Positions 1-11,900 of a stretch of 64,000 bases of DNA are shown piece by piece; the stretch's first letter is position 1; the number at the start of each line of letters is the position of its first letter. The stretch lies in the NCBI GenBank assembly GCA_030704615.1, contig CM060731.1:60078001-60142000 (forward strand). The letters are read 5' to 3'. This DNA is from Takakia lepidozioides. Lineage: Eukaryota > Plantae > Bryophyta. The notes under the pieces were generated by a model. The model was given only the letters and a program-made list of their open reading frames with translations. It ran no database searches and was not told the DNA's origin. The translations under genes and the position numbers were made by a program.

Positions 1-53
1 TAATAACAGCTCAGAAGTTGTTGGAATCACAGATTTCAAAGTGCTGAGAGTAC

Positions 54-534
54 CTGGAATTTTGCTCGGGCTTCCAGCAACCTCCATTCTTCAGCAGCCA
101 AGCTCTTTGCCTCCAAGGGATCCACCATGTTAACCACCTTTGGCTCTCTTCTTGATCCTCCCAATGTGCCATTTACTTTTCCCTGAATTCCAATTAAACC
201 AGACTATGCGAAAACAATCTAAAATCTAGGCCTGGAAAGTCTCGAGAATTGAAGATCTACTTGAGCATCAGAAAGAGAAGACTTATAAAAAGAGATGAAA
301 ATTTTCTATTAAGGATATTAACTAGAGCGGCAGTGACATATGACAGTTACATTAAAACATTAAGAAAACGAAAGTGAATTCGGGAGTTTCATGATCGAGC
401 CACTCACTGGAGGGCGACGTCGTAGGGGTGAAAAGAGATATCCCCAAGCTTCTTGATGATGCGCGAGACTGAGGAGATAGATGCGACGAAGCTCCAACAA
501 AGCCAGATGTCTGAGGAGCTTGCAGCAGCCTCAT
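54..534 (-). CDS. Partial gene (continues off the window start), At4g28025-like chloroplast protein of the HLIP/OHP-related type
   Basis: The minus-strand exon 182..54 (AG/GT bounded) reads GKVNGTLGGSRREPKVVNMVDPLEAKSLAAEEWRLLEARAKFQ, resembling the VVNMVDPLEAKRLA motif I recall for this plant family. The upstream ATG at 534 opens a Ser-rich, transit-peptide-like stretch. Exon phase between the two was not resolved. Confidence 0.55.
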
Positions 535-610
535 CGCCTTCTTCGTCTCTCTCCCTGCGATTCTTCTCCCCCCTCCTGCCTTGGCCTCCCTCCACAAAAC
601 GAAGACGATA

Positions 611-704
611 ACCGGTGATCACCGGTCGACCCTGCGTTCTGTCCACCGGTGATGGCCGGTGATCACCGGTCGACCCTGCGTGTTGTTCACCGGTGATGGC
701 CGGT
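611..704. repeat. Short repeated palindromic unit (ACCGGTGATCACCGGTCGACCCTGCG) in the divergent intergenic region
   Basis: Two near-identical ~43-nt units containing the palindrome ACCGGTGATCACCGGT. Confidence 0.7.
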
Positions 705-1194
705 GGAAACTACGGGAGATATTGCACCACGTGGCGGAAGATACAGCCACGCGCAAATTTCCACTCCGGAAGTTACTGCTCCTATTTACCGTGATACATT
801 CGTAGAATTGGTAAAAGGTACAGTTTTCACTTTTGACTCGTTGGCCACGCTGCACGATGCTCGCACTCGCACGAAGTGAAGAACGATGGAGGCAGCCACG
901 CGGCCGAGGAAGGAAGGCTTGAATGGACTTCTATGGAGGAGACAAGACGATGTCTTTGGAAGAAGCGTGACTGCAATCCTGGTGCTAGTAGAACTTAGAC
1001 TGGGATCTAATGTCAAGTCTCCCTTGGAGATATGCCAATGCCTTGATCGGTATACGCATGTGCAGATGCTCGTGATATTTGCCCGGCATGTTGAATAGTA
1101 GGATTTTTCGAGAGGAGCTGCGGGGCATATGACAGGCAGGCACATTTGGATTAGCGAATCATAACTGGGCCGGCTCGTGAGTCGTGGCCCTTCC

Positions 1195-3990
1195 ATGGAA
1201 AGTCGGAAAGGTTGTGCTCAGATGCTGAGAAGAATTCTAATTGCAGTTGTGCTCGCAACCCAATTCATATTTTGTGGCGTTGTGATCCTGACGCTGCAGG
1301 GATCCTTGAACTACAATCTGTCATCGTCTAATTGCAGCCGCCAAGAGCGATTTCCTACTGGGGAGCCACATGCAACTCATAGCTGGAACGGGGCAGACGA
1401 CGACAGCGGATGGGAGAATTCAGCGGTGCGCCAGCTCAATTTCGTGCAGAACCAGAGTTGGATCTCGGAGGTTTATCGAAGTGAGGAGGGGCCTATGCTC
1501 CGTGCAGCACAAGATGTGTTGAATGTGACCTCCATTTCCGAGTTCTGTGCTTACGTAAATGCGTCCGGTAATGCGACTCTACCGGAGTATGCGATATTCA
1601 CAAATGTGATGCTAGTGGGGCGGACACTCCTCCTTCCTGCAAGCATAGAGTGTGAGTCGTCTTTCACGCAGTCCCTCTTGAACTTGAGCACTCTTCACCA
1701 TGGGGGCCAGCTCTCCACGCCTCAGTTAGAGGTATGTGCACATACCATCAAACTTTTCAACTCGTCCATGGATTGTGTGTGCAGTCGTCAAGACTCTCAG
1801 TAAAATCCATGATCTGTCAGAGCAGCTTTACTGTATTTGAAAAGACACGAACATTTAATCCCGTCCTTGTGCATGACAAGTTTGCATGACTTTCTATCCT
1901 CTCTACCACCTCGAGTAAGATCTGACTCAGCAGCTCACAGGATTTTCGCTCAGATGGAAACTGTTTCTTGGTCCAATTGTATCTAGATTGGGTGGACCTG
2001 GCTTTTCTTTGCAATGGGACCGGTGTCTATTTCCATGATCCATCAGTTTCAAAAATATGAAAACGTGTAATGTCCCAAAACGTGGACTGTCTTGAGTGCT
2101 CAGACTCGTCTCAGAAATGTGATCTATTGGGATTGACTTGAACGTGAATGAATTCATGCACGATAAGCTTAAACCCGCATTGCAAGTTAATGTCAGAATC
2201 TCCAAACCCCGTAGTATTGGTACGTGAAATCCCTGGGGCAGGCACCCTTTCCTGGATAGTCTCAATACAAAAGTCACTCCTTCTGTGTGACCACATGCTC
2301 GTAGATTTTTCCGCCATTGAAAGCATTTCAGAGCGACTGTGTGTGCATAAGCAGTCTTAGTCATCCAAGGCATGAAACGAGGCATGAAAGAGCTCAAAAC
2401 TTCAACCTCCGTTGGTCTCCTGCCCCTAGTAGCAATGCTAGCAACAAAAGCAGGTGAAGTTTGCTTCACCTGCAGCCAACAGGTTAGTGATCCCTGTGGA
2501 ACCCCAGGCTCAAAACGTCCTTCATGGCAGAGGGCTTAGAACTGCAAACACAAGTATATTTGAAAACTTGACTTGAGCAAACAATGTGAGGCTGAATCGG
2601 TGACTTAAATTGCATAAGAAATCTCAGTGAACTCCTCTTGATCATATTGCGTCAATTCGTCACAGGTCCTGGTGGTGAAAGATACCGACAGCTTCTACGA
2701 TTTTGAGCCACACTATTCATGTCACGAGCGCGTGTATGAGCCGTCCATTCTATTCTCCTTCATCAACTGGCCGCAGCACGGCCACGCATTGTTCAATGGA
2801 ATTTCTCTTTTGTGGGAGGCTTTCAAAGCACCCCAGACGGGGCCTCTATTTCATGCCGGAAAGAATGTGAGAATGTATGCATATGGGGACAGCATTGAAA
2901 AGACAAGACGGCTGGAAGGTCAAGATTTCCTTCCATTTTTCGACATGGAGACTGTGAAGCCCGTGATGGGCATGTTCTCCCAGCAACCCATTCGGAGCCT
3001 CGCCAATCTCCTGATGCAGGTATTGTATACTACAGATGAAAACACACTATCTCCAGACACACTTTATAATGTTGCACATGGTTTTCCTTGGGATAATTTC
3101 TAAGATATATGCACTCGAAGATCTATGATCGACTGTAAATACTGGCCGGAATTGGGTCTTGTGTGCAGGCGCAAAGGCATCCTGTATGTTTCTCCTACCT
3201 GATAGTGGGAATTCGTGGACAACTAGACCATTATAATTTTGAGGTCCCTCACCTCAAATGGAGGGAGTTTTCTGAGGCGATCAAAGACTATTTCAGAGCT
3301 CCCAAAACCCCTCGCCTCAACTTCGGCCGCCCTCTAGAGCGAGTCGCTCCCAAAGAAGGGGTGGACAACAACAACGTCGACAGCATGCCCAGCATCAGAG
3401 CCATGGACTACTCGATCCTGCCAGACCGGCCCAGGCTCACCATCGTGAATCGCAAGGAGAATCGACAAATTCTGAACGTGGCCGAGCTGCTGTCGGTGGC
3501 GAGAGAGACGACGTATTTCAAGAGCGTCAACGTCGTCTACTTCGAGAGCATGCGGATGGACGAGCAGGTCCGACTGATGGCGTCGACGGACGTGCTGTTC
3601 GGGATGGACGGAACGGGGCTGATGAACGGAATATTCATGCCGGAAGGAGGCATCGTGGTCCACGTCCGTCCCTACGGCTGTGCCAAATATCTGGCGGATA
3701 AAGGAACCAACTTCGACCGGCTTTGGTCCGCCAACCCCGGCCGCGTTATACGATACGAATCTGGAGACCGTAGGTCCACCGTATCCCATCCCTCGTCCAA
3801 AGAGCGCCCCGAGGTGGTGTTCGGGAGCAACTCGACGAGGGGGTATCGCTTTCCCTTCATTCTTCGGCAGAACACCGTGGTCGATCGCAAAGCGTTCCGA
3901 TGCATTCTCGACGCGGCTCACAATCTGCTGCGCGCGCATCCCGTGCATTGGCCTCGCTACCGTCTCTGCACCAACACTGTGTTCCGATGA
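1195..3990 (+). CDS. Glycosyltransferase family 61 (DUF563)-like type II membrane protein, 3 exons (1195-1731, 2666-3019, 3169-3990), about 570 aa
   Basis: N-terminal TM segment ILIAVVLATQFIFCGVVILTL. GT-AG introns all join in phase 0. C-terminal GT61 motifs RPRLTIVNRKENRQILNVAELL and FESMRMDEQVRLMASTDVLFGMDGTGLMNGIFMPEGGIVV. Confidence 0.8.
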
Positions 3991-4034
3991 TGTTGTCGTC
4001 ACTGCAGGGCCCGAGTCTTCTTGGATCCACGGCG

Positions 4035-4350
4035 GGCTTCACGCTGTTGCGATGTGATCAGCTTGCTTGAATGCTTCAATCCTGAAGAGTATCCAGGCTT
4101 CACGGTGTTGCGATGCGATCAGCTTGCTTGAATGCTTCAATCCTGAAGAGTATCCAGGCTTCACGGTGTTGCGATGCGATCAGCTTTCTTGCTCAAATAC
4201 TTCAATCCTGAAGAGTATCCAGGCTTCACGGTGTTGCGATGTGATCAGCTTGCTGGAATGCTTCAATCCTGATGAGTATCGACTATCCATGGTGTTGCGA
4301 TGTGATCAGCTTGCTTGAATGCTTTAATCCTGAAGAGTATCGACTATCCA
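4035..4350 (+). repeat. Tandem array of a ~60-bp unit (about 5 copies)
   Basis: Repeated GGCTTCACGGTGTTGCGATGTGATCAGCTTGCTTGAATGCTTCAATCCTGAAGAGTATCCA. Partial units recur near 4730 and 4830. Confidence 0.9.
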
Positions 4351-5265
4351 CCCCTGAAGGATTTGTGAAGGAGCATCCAACGTTGAATCATGAGTCAATG
4401 AATCTAGAACCTTGATCTCTTTCTCTAGCGCACCATATCTTTCACTATTTCTTTGAGAAGTTAAAAGGAAATTTGGCGCTGATGAGACAGTCGCCAGTGT
4501 TTTTGAAATGGATCGTTTATTGTGAAATCGGGAAATGGCCAGAGTAAGAAATGTGTAGAAAGCTTCAAAAGATGCTACAAAGCCTGATTGCAAGCATGAA
4601 ATGCCTTCACAGATCTGGTATATTTTTGACGATGCGTAATTAGGGTATGTTTGATATTTCCTATGAGCTTGACACAGCCTGACATGTAGAGGCTCCCGTT
4701 GGAGATGCTCTAATCTCTGATCGAAGGCAGGCTTCACGGTGTTGCGATGTGATCAGCTTGCTTGAATGCTCTGTGTTCCGATGATGTTGTCGTGACTGCA
4801 GGGCACGAGTCTTCTTGGATCCACGGCAGTGTTGCGATGTGATCAGCTTGCTTGCATGCTTCAATCCTGAAGAGTGTTGACTATCCACCCCTGAAGGATT
4901 TATGAAGGAGCATCCAACGTTGAATCATGAGTCAATGAATCTAGAAACTTGATCCTTCTTTATAGCACCGGATCTTTTCAGTATTTCTTTCAGAAGTTAA
5001 TGAGACAGTTGGTGTTTTTGAAATGGACCGTTTATTGCGAAATCTGGAAATGGCCAGAGTAAGAAATGTGTACAAGTTTCAATGAAAGCTTCAAAAGATG
5101 CTACAAAGCCTGATTGCAAACATGAAATGCCTTCACAGATCTGGTATATTTCAAACTATGCATTCACTTGAGGTTTGACGAAGTGTAATTAGGGTATGTT
5201 TGATTTTTAATATGAGCCTGACACAGCCTGACATGTAGAGGCTCCCGTTGGAGATGCTCTAATCG
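4351..5265 (+). repeat. Local tandem duplication (~4351-4715 vs ~4888-5263), with a second copy of the GT61 stop-codon region at ~4771-4826
   Basis: CCCCTGAAGGATTT..GGAGCATCCAACGTTGAATCATGAG..GGCTCCCGTTGGAGATGCTCTAATC occurs twice. CTGTGTTCCGATGATGTTGTCG occurs at ~3977 and ~4771. Confidence 0.85.
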
Positions 5266-5477
5266 CATAAGTGGCACGGGTTGGTGCCGGTGATGAGAGG
5301 GTATGTGACCGCTGATAGCAGGTCTTTCTTGCCTTCGTCTATGCCTGAGTTTCCAACACCGGCTGTTCCAATCTCCGGCCGAGGGTGTGGATACTAGGTC
5401 ACCCTGGTCCCTGGGACAGCTTATGACGTCATCGTGGACATGGAAACGGGCCTCAAACGTCGACGTATTGGCGGGTC

Positions 5478-5547
5478 GGCGGCCGCATGTCAATCAATCC
5501 ATTCACTGGCGGCCGCTTGTCAATCAATCCATTCACTGGCGGCCGCA
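5478..5547 (+). repeat. 30-bp tandem repeat (2+ copies) upstream of the ZNFX1-like gene
   Basis: GGCGGCCGCwTGTCAATCAATCCATTCACT is repeated. Confidence 0.8.
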
Positions 5548-5903
5548 TTGATGGCCCCACTCACGGACCTCTTCTCTCTCACACACTCTCACAATTTAAA
5601 CATGACTCTGGTTATCAACGATTCCGTTCTCCAAAGTTTCTAGACGTCTTCCAAAGTTCAGTGTTTCGCAGAAACTCAAAATGGGCTTTTGGAATTGAGC
5701 TAGAGATCTCATTTGAGTTTGAGCAATGTAGTTCAAGTGTCTGGATGTTATGCGCATTTGGAAGGATTGCAGTCTGCATTTTTAAATTTGTTGATTAACT
5801 CGTGCACTCAACTTGGGTGCCACATACAGTGGCTCTAAAGTAGTCTCTGCCAGCGTCTGTTTGAGAAGGGAAAGCGGGGAAGAAGGAAGAGGTTTAGGCC
5901 AGG

Positions 5904-8900
5904 ATGGGTCAAGCTCCCAGTCAAGTTGAATCTGGGGCACGTCGTAGATCTTCACCTGCAAGGGTCTCAGCCACTCTTGGAACTGTTGGAGATCGATGTG
6001 TTTCTGGCCGAGATGGCCATAGTGTTTCCCAGCCAGAGGCAAACCGAAGTTTGAGGAGAAACTCGAAAATTGGAGAACTGAAGAAAGGGAAGGTGGTGGC
6101 TCTTTTACCTGACAAAGGATTTGGATTCCTCTGCCCATTATCATTCGGAAAAGATACTGTTGAATCCAAGTTTATGTCCGAGTCGGAGATTACCAAGAGC
6201 TACAAAAAGGATATATTCTTCAATTTGGGCGACGATTTATCCAGTAGTACAGTGACTACAGGAGGCAGCACATTGACAGGGTTCATGGTATTGCAGAAAG
6301 AGGACATCTTGGAGTATAGTATCGTTGGATCTAAAGAAAAGCCGCGCGCCGTGTTTGCACGCTTGTATCAATGCAGCAGTCGCAGTATGGAGGCTATTGT
6401 CCTCTATTTGGAACGTTTAGTGGCCAATTCCGAAGAGAAAGCTGGAATTGTCTTGAGGGCTATAACTCAATGTCCTGCAGCGATGTTACTGGTGCTCACA
6501 CAGCCAAAGCCCTCAGCAAAGGTTGTGCAGCTGGTTCTGCGACTTTGTCAAAACGTCTCAAAGTGCAGAGAGAGCAAATTATACGGGTCAAGAGTGAAGC
6601 AAATGTACGGTTTGTTTTGTGGGTCTGCGTTTGTCTTGTCCAAGAATGCTTTGCAAAAGTTTGCAAGCATCGAGTATGACGAGGGAAACGCCCTGAAAGG
6701 ATTTTTGCTGCAGCTGCTGAAGCATTGTCCCACTGAAATGCAAAGCATCATGCCTGTGCTGTATGTCATGGGAGAATGTACTGGGAGACTTAAAGTCCCA
6801 TCCCATATACTTACTCAGTCACATCCTCAGTCAAGGGGAGATTTGTCTCAGTGCCGAGCCCACAAATCAAACTGTGGACTAGAGGAGGAAGATGATATTC
6901 ATTGTGAAGGAGGTGGCTTCCTCCTGAAGGTCCTTCATGTGCTAGGAGGGGCTGTTGATGAAGATGCTGGAGACTTGGCTTGGGAGCACCTTCCTTTGTT
7001 CCCTACCCGGAAAGAGCTTCAGACTGTTTTCAACCAATCTGGTGAGGCCAATTATATTGAAGGAGTGCCATCGAATACTGCGAATCTTCCTGTTGTTAAG
7101 CAAAAAGGGAGCTATGGCTGTGTTGAGACGTACTTGGATACTTATTTCCGCCTTCTAAGAGAAGACACTTTCACATGTGTGAAAAAGGGCATCTTGGATC
7201 TCCGCGCCGGAAAGTTGGACGATCGAGACATGAAGGTGTGGACAAATGTGTCTGTTCAGGGGGTTCACTTCGAAAGAGCCTCTCCGGGCCTCACAATTGC
7301 CCTGAAATGCAAGCGCAAACATGCCAAGGCACACAGTGTTGCTGGTGCACCGATGTCCGGTAGCCTGGTATGTATTTCGGATGATGGTGGCCACTTCAAT
7401 TCACCAATTTGGGGCATTGTGGGGCACTCCGAAGAAGATTCCAGCAAGAACACAGCTGTTTTTGTTGAGATTATTCATGCTGAAAGGGGAGGTTCAGCTC
7501 CTACTGTATCTGAGGCCACTCTATTGTCACGTCTGATGACTGGGAGGGATATGATTATGGTGGAAAGTCCAACATACTACAGGGCATATCAACCAGTTCT
7601 CCAAGCATTGCAAAATATGGACCCGCAAAAAATTCCGTTTATGGATGAGCTTGTCTATGCACGGTGCATCCATCTCCTTGATATTGTATGTTCTATCAGA
7701 GCTGAATTCATCAGCCTTACTAACAAGTGCTTGAAGATTGTACTGCTGGAGGGAGAGATTTTCACAGCGGCCCCCCACGCGCACAAGGCTCCCAGTGTCT
7801 GGGCAGAATCTCAAACATTTCTCCAAAAACTGATCTAATGCATGGTTCTTATAGGTCAAAACAAGGACAGGGCCAGGCGGTAATGTACTTGCCGACATCA
7901 GTAGTTCCAGAATTTTCACTCCCAGAAATGTTTTGCCTGCAGGCAAAGCAATTGTCTACTCGTTAGACTCGTTAAAGACTTGAGCTTTCACTGGCCTCCC
8001 CATATCTTACATTCTCTCCCTGCCCAAAACCATGTTAGGTACCTGGTATTCCTCTCCTTTCCCACTCTCTTTGGCACCCTCCATTTGGTTCCAGATGCCA
8101 CAGACGCTCCAGATGTAATAGGACATCTGGAACCAAGGATTTTTAACAGAATTTCTTAGACATACGGACTAACTTGACGATGGCCGATTCTTGCTTTTGT
8201 TAGTGTGGGACGAACCTACCTGTTCCAGGAGGCCCTTGGACCATTGCCAGGCGATTTTGTAACACTAGATCCACAGCCTTCAGTTGGCTGTCATCGAGAC
8301 TAGAGGTGAAGCCTTTAGCTACCAATGCATTCAGATCTTGAACGCCCCCTCTTATCCCCCCGTTAATTGTGTCCTTCTCATGGAAAAGACCAGCCCAGTT
8401 GATCGTTGCAGAACTGCTCTTCAGATAGACCGGGTCAGGTGGAGATGGAAGAGGCTCTTCAAGTCCTATATGATTGCCAGGGATCCTTCAACCATTGGAC
8501 GGTGGTACGGCATGCATCAGAACTGCAGCTATGGCATTTTCTAGGAGTGGGGCAAACACCTCGAGTGGAGAAATTTTTGAGTGCCTTTCCAGAGGGAACT
8601 GGTCTTGCAGAGATCCTGCAGACTTCTCTTCCAGAAGATGCAAGCCCAGCCACAAAGAACCTTCTGGATGAGGTCAACAAATTGCTGATAAAGAACATCC
8701 GAAATTGGCTACCAGGAACGTTACTGTTCCAGAGTGTGCAAGAATGTCTCTCTGTAAAAAGACCGCCCAAGAACATATTAATTGATCACAGAACAAGAAA
8801 TGCAATGACTGCCAATCCAGCTGATGAGAAAGAGGCAGAAAGAGATGGAATTGCAGACCCAGATCAGGAAGAGGAAGAAAAGAACACGATAGAGAGAATC

Positions 8901-11900
8901 CGGGAGGTATGTTTGAACCATTATTCCTGAGTCCACTGCTATTGAGGTGTAAGGGAGTATGTGCACGTTTCTCAACATGTCATGATGAGTATTCACAATG
9001 CATCAGTGAGCAAGGTGGATTGTGTTTAATGTGCATTATGCTTCCAGGAATTGAGAGCAGAGAACAGCTCGTCACAACATGGAGCAAAAGGATCTCAAGT
9101 GCAATGGCTGAAAACCAATTACTTGGCATTTGCAAATGAGAAAGTGAAGGGCTCTCTTCTCAAATTTCAGCAACTTGATGTGAGTGACACTTCATCAACA
9201 CCAACACCAACACCCTCCACCAATGCCCTCTTGAATCATCACTGGACCTTTCTAATGCATGATTTTGGTATTTTGAACAGAATTCTTCAATATGATCTGC
9301 TTGTCTAATCTACATTTGGCCTTTGGGCTCGAAATGAGTTTGAAGTGTGAAATAATGCTAACTGGGGCTCACAGAAAACAGATGCAAGCCGGTTTGACTG
9401 GCTTGCATTGGAGAACCCATGGGATCTGTCACTGGAGCACCGGGCCATTCTTGTCCTCCTACTTTGGCAAAGCAATGTGGAGGTTGCTTCACTCCAGTTT
9501 GCAGCAGTTAAGGCACGTTACGACCTCCTCTGCAAAGACATGGATGAAATTGGAAAACGCCGAAGGGTTGCAGTGCTCCAGAAAGCAAAGATTGTTGGCA
9601 TGACCACCACTGTAAGATATTGTGTGAAGACTTTTGGTTTTATCCAATGTTTGTACTCAGTGGTGATGCATGTTGTGGTAGCCTTGAACCAAGTGCACAC
9701 ACATACTAAGTTTTTCTTAATAGATATGTGCTGGAATTCCTAGGAGTAGCCTTGACCAAATTTAAAGTCTGCACTGGATCATGGGTGCTTTGGTAATTGG
9801 CCTACCGAACACGTGGTCATTCAACTTAGCTGGGAAAGGTCAGGATTCTGCAGGAATATCATCAATCTCAGAAGAATGTGAGCATGCAAAAAAAACAACT
9901 TTGTTTACAGGTCTGCATATAAGGGACAGTGGTTTGTTGTTGGTCTCATCTGAGCCATCCATGGGCCCTCAGGTCCTCCCTGCGGATGTTACATCTATAA
10001 TTTCTGTCCTCCTTCTTTTGAAGATGTGTCTTTATTGCATGTAATACTACCATCATGTTGTTTGAAATTGCCAGGGAGCTGCGATGCATCAAGATGTGTT
10101 GCAGATTCTCGCGCCAGCTGTAATCATGGTGGAAGAGGCAGCTGAGATCCTCGAGCCACAATTGCTCGCCGCAATGGGTGCAGATCTCCAGCATCTGATT
10201 TTGATCGGTGATCATCTCCAACTCCGCCCATCGGTTGAGAGTTATGACCTGGAACGCTGGTGGGTTTATAAACCATCAACCTGACTTCTGTTGATTTGAC
10301 TCTCCAGATTTTCCCCATCTTTGCAACTCTCCTTTATAGGAATTTCATATCTACTCAAGCAACCTGGGGAATGTACCAAGACCTGCAGAGGAAGAAATTA
10401 TTGAACCACAGACCGGACCAAGAAGACTTAGTCACTCTCACAGACATAGACTCTGAACGCAAGATGTGTGTAAGGGATATCGAATGGAGTAGATAGTTCC
10501 GAACAAGGATAGTGGAACAGTCATTCATTGTGGGATGAGCTGATCGAACAGGGGTGCAAGGTTGCAGTTCATGACATTGATCACACTGAGAATAACATGT
10601 AGTAAGCTTGTGTTTGCATAAGATGATCTATTCACCTACTTCGAAGGCACTGATTACATCCTCTGGTTATCGTGGATCAGGCATGGTTTTGGAGTTTCCA
10701 TGTTTGAGCGTTTGGTGGAGCACAATCAGCTTCCATTTCAGGCACTAAATCTACAGTGCCGAATGCGCAAAGAATTTGTTCCAATGCTTCTCCCGATGTA
10801 CCCCACCCTTCGGTCTCATTCAATATTGGTGTCTGGACCAAGAAATAAAGCTCCTGACTGTATGAGGAGCCCCATGCATTTCTGGTCCCACACACATGAA
10901 GAAACAACCCTACGTAGCTACTTGAACAGGGGGGAGGCAGATATGGTTGTTGCACTGGCCCGCTGGCTAGTTTCTGAAGGACAGAAAGCCCAGGATGTGA
11001 CAGTTCTTGCTGCTTATAACGGCCAGGTAAGCTGCCATGGTTAGCCTTAGTCATGGGGAAACTTGATAATCTGCTGGATCCTACAGTTCCTGCAAGGTTA
11101 TTTGCTTATGTCTTCTGGAGAAAAATTTCTGCTTGCGGCATGGTCCTTCTCCAGGTTACTGCAGATGCAAGTTACTATCCAAAGAATTTTCAACTCTGGG
11201 TGGCCAGGTTACGTTGATTCGGAAATTGTTGACGGAGTTTCCAGAGATGCTTGAAGTCAAAGTTCACACCATCGACAGATTTCAGGTAGTACGGCATCTT
11301 CCAAGCCCAATAAATCAGTTTTCAGTTCCTCTTTGTTAGGAATTTACTTCAATCCTTTTCTTCAACTGCTGCATATGAGAAGTATACTTACATTAAGACA
11401 GCTTGCTGGAGGGGCCTTGTGGCCATAAACCCATGCTTGATTTGAATGCAGCAGAAAATTAAGTAGGGAAAATAGGAAGATCCAAATCAGACTTCAAAGA
11501 TATACCAAAGTGACACTTTCTGCCTGATTTGGACACAGCAGAAAAGTGAAAAATGGAAACAACAAGACATTTTTGATACGTCTCAGAAGAATAACAGAGT
11601 AGAACCTCTGAATTGCTATTCAAATCTGAAGTATAGCACCAGAGACAGCAAGGGTATCTAGGTTTCTGGTTTATGCACTTTGTTTGGGGGCACCTGCTCC
11701 TTGTCTCACACAAAGAAATAGAGGACAACAGAAGCAGAGCAGGAATCAACACACTTCCAACGTACTTACTACTGAATGTTTTACAGGGGGCAGAAAACTT
11801 GGTTGTGATAGTTTCTCTTGTCCGATCAAACTTGGAGGGGAGAATTGGACATCTCTCAATGCGCAATCGTCTCTGTGTTGCAGTATCTAGGGCCCGAAGT

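Noticed and set aside
1927-2469. 180-aa minus-strand ORF inside GT61 intron 1
   Set aside because: No recognisable motif; it may be a gene or TE relic but cannot be supported.
3334-4002. 222-aa antisense ORF (likewise 18135..18746, 61771..62487, 41442..41912)
   Set aside because: Shadow ORFs on the opposite strand of real exons.
4035-4350. Regular repeats resembling a CRISPR array (also 17121-17358 and 49866-50575)
   Set aside because: Units are head-to-tail with no unique spacers, there are no cas genes, and the context is eukaryotic.
7527-7946. Minus-strand ORF as an independent antisense gene
   Set aside because: It is the missing Walker A/motif Ia part of the surrounding helicase, and its start is a splice acceptor.
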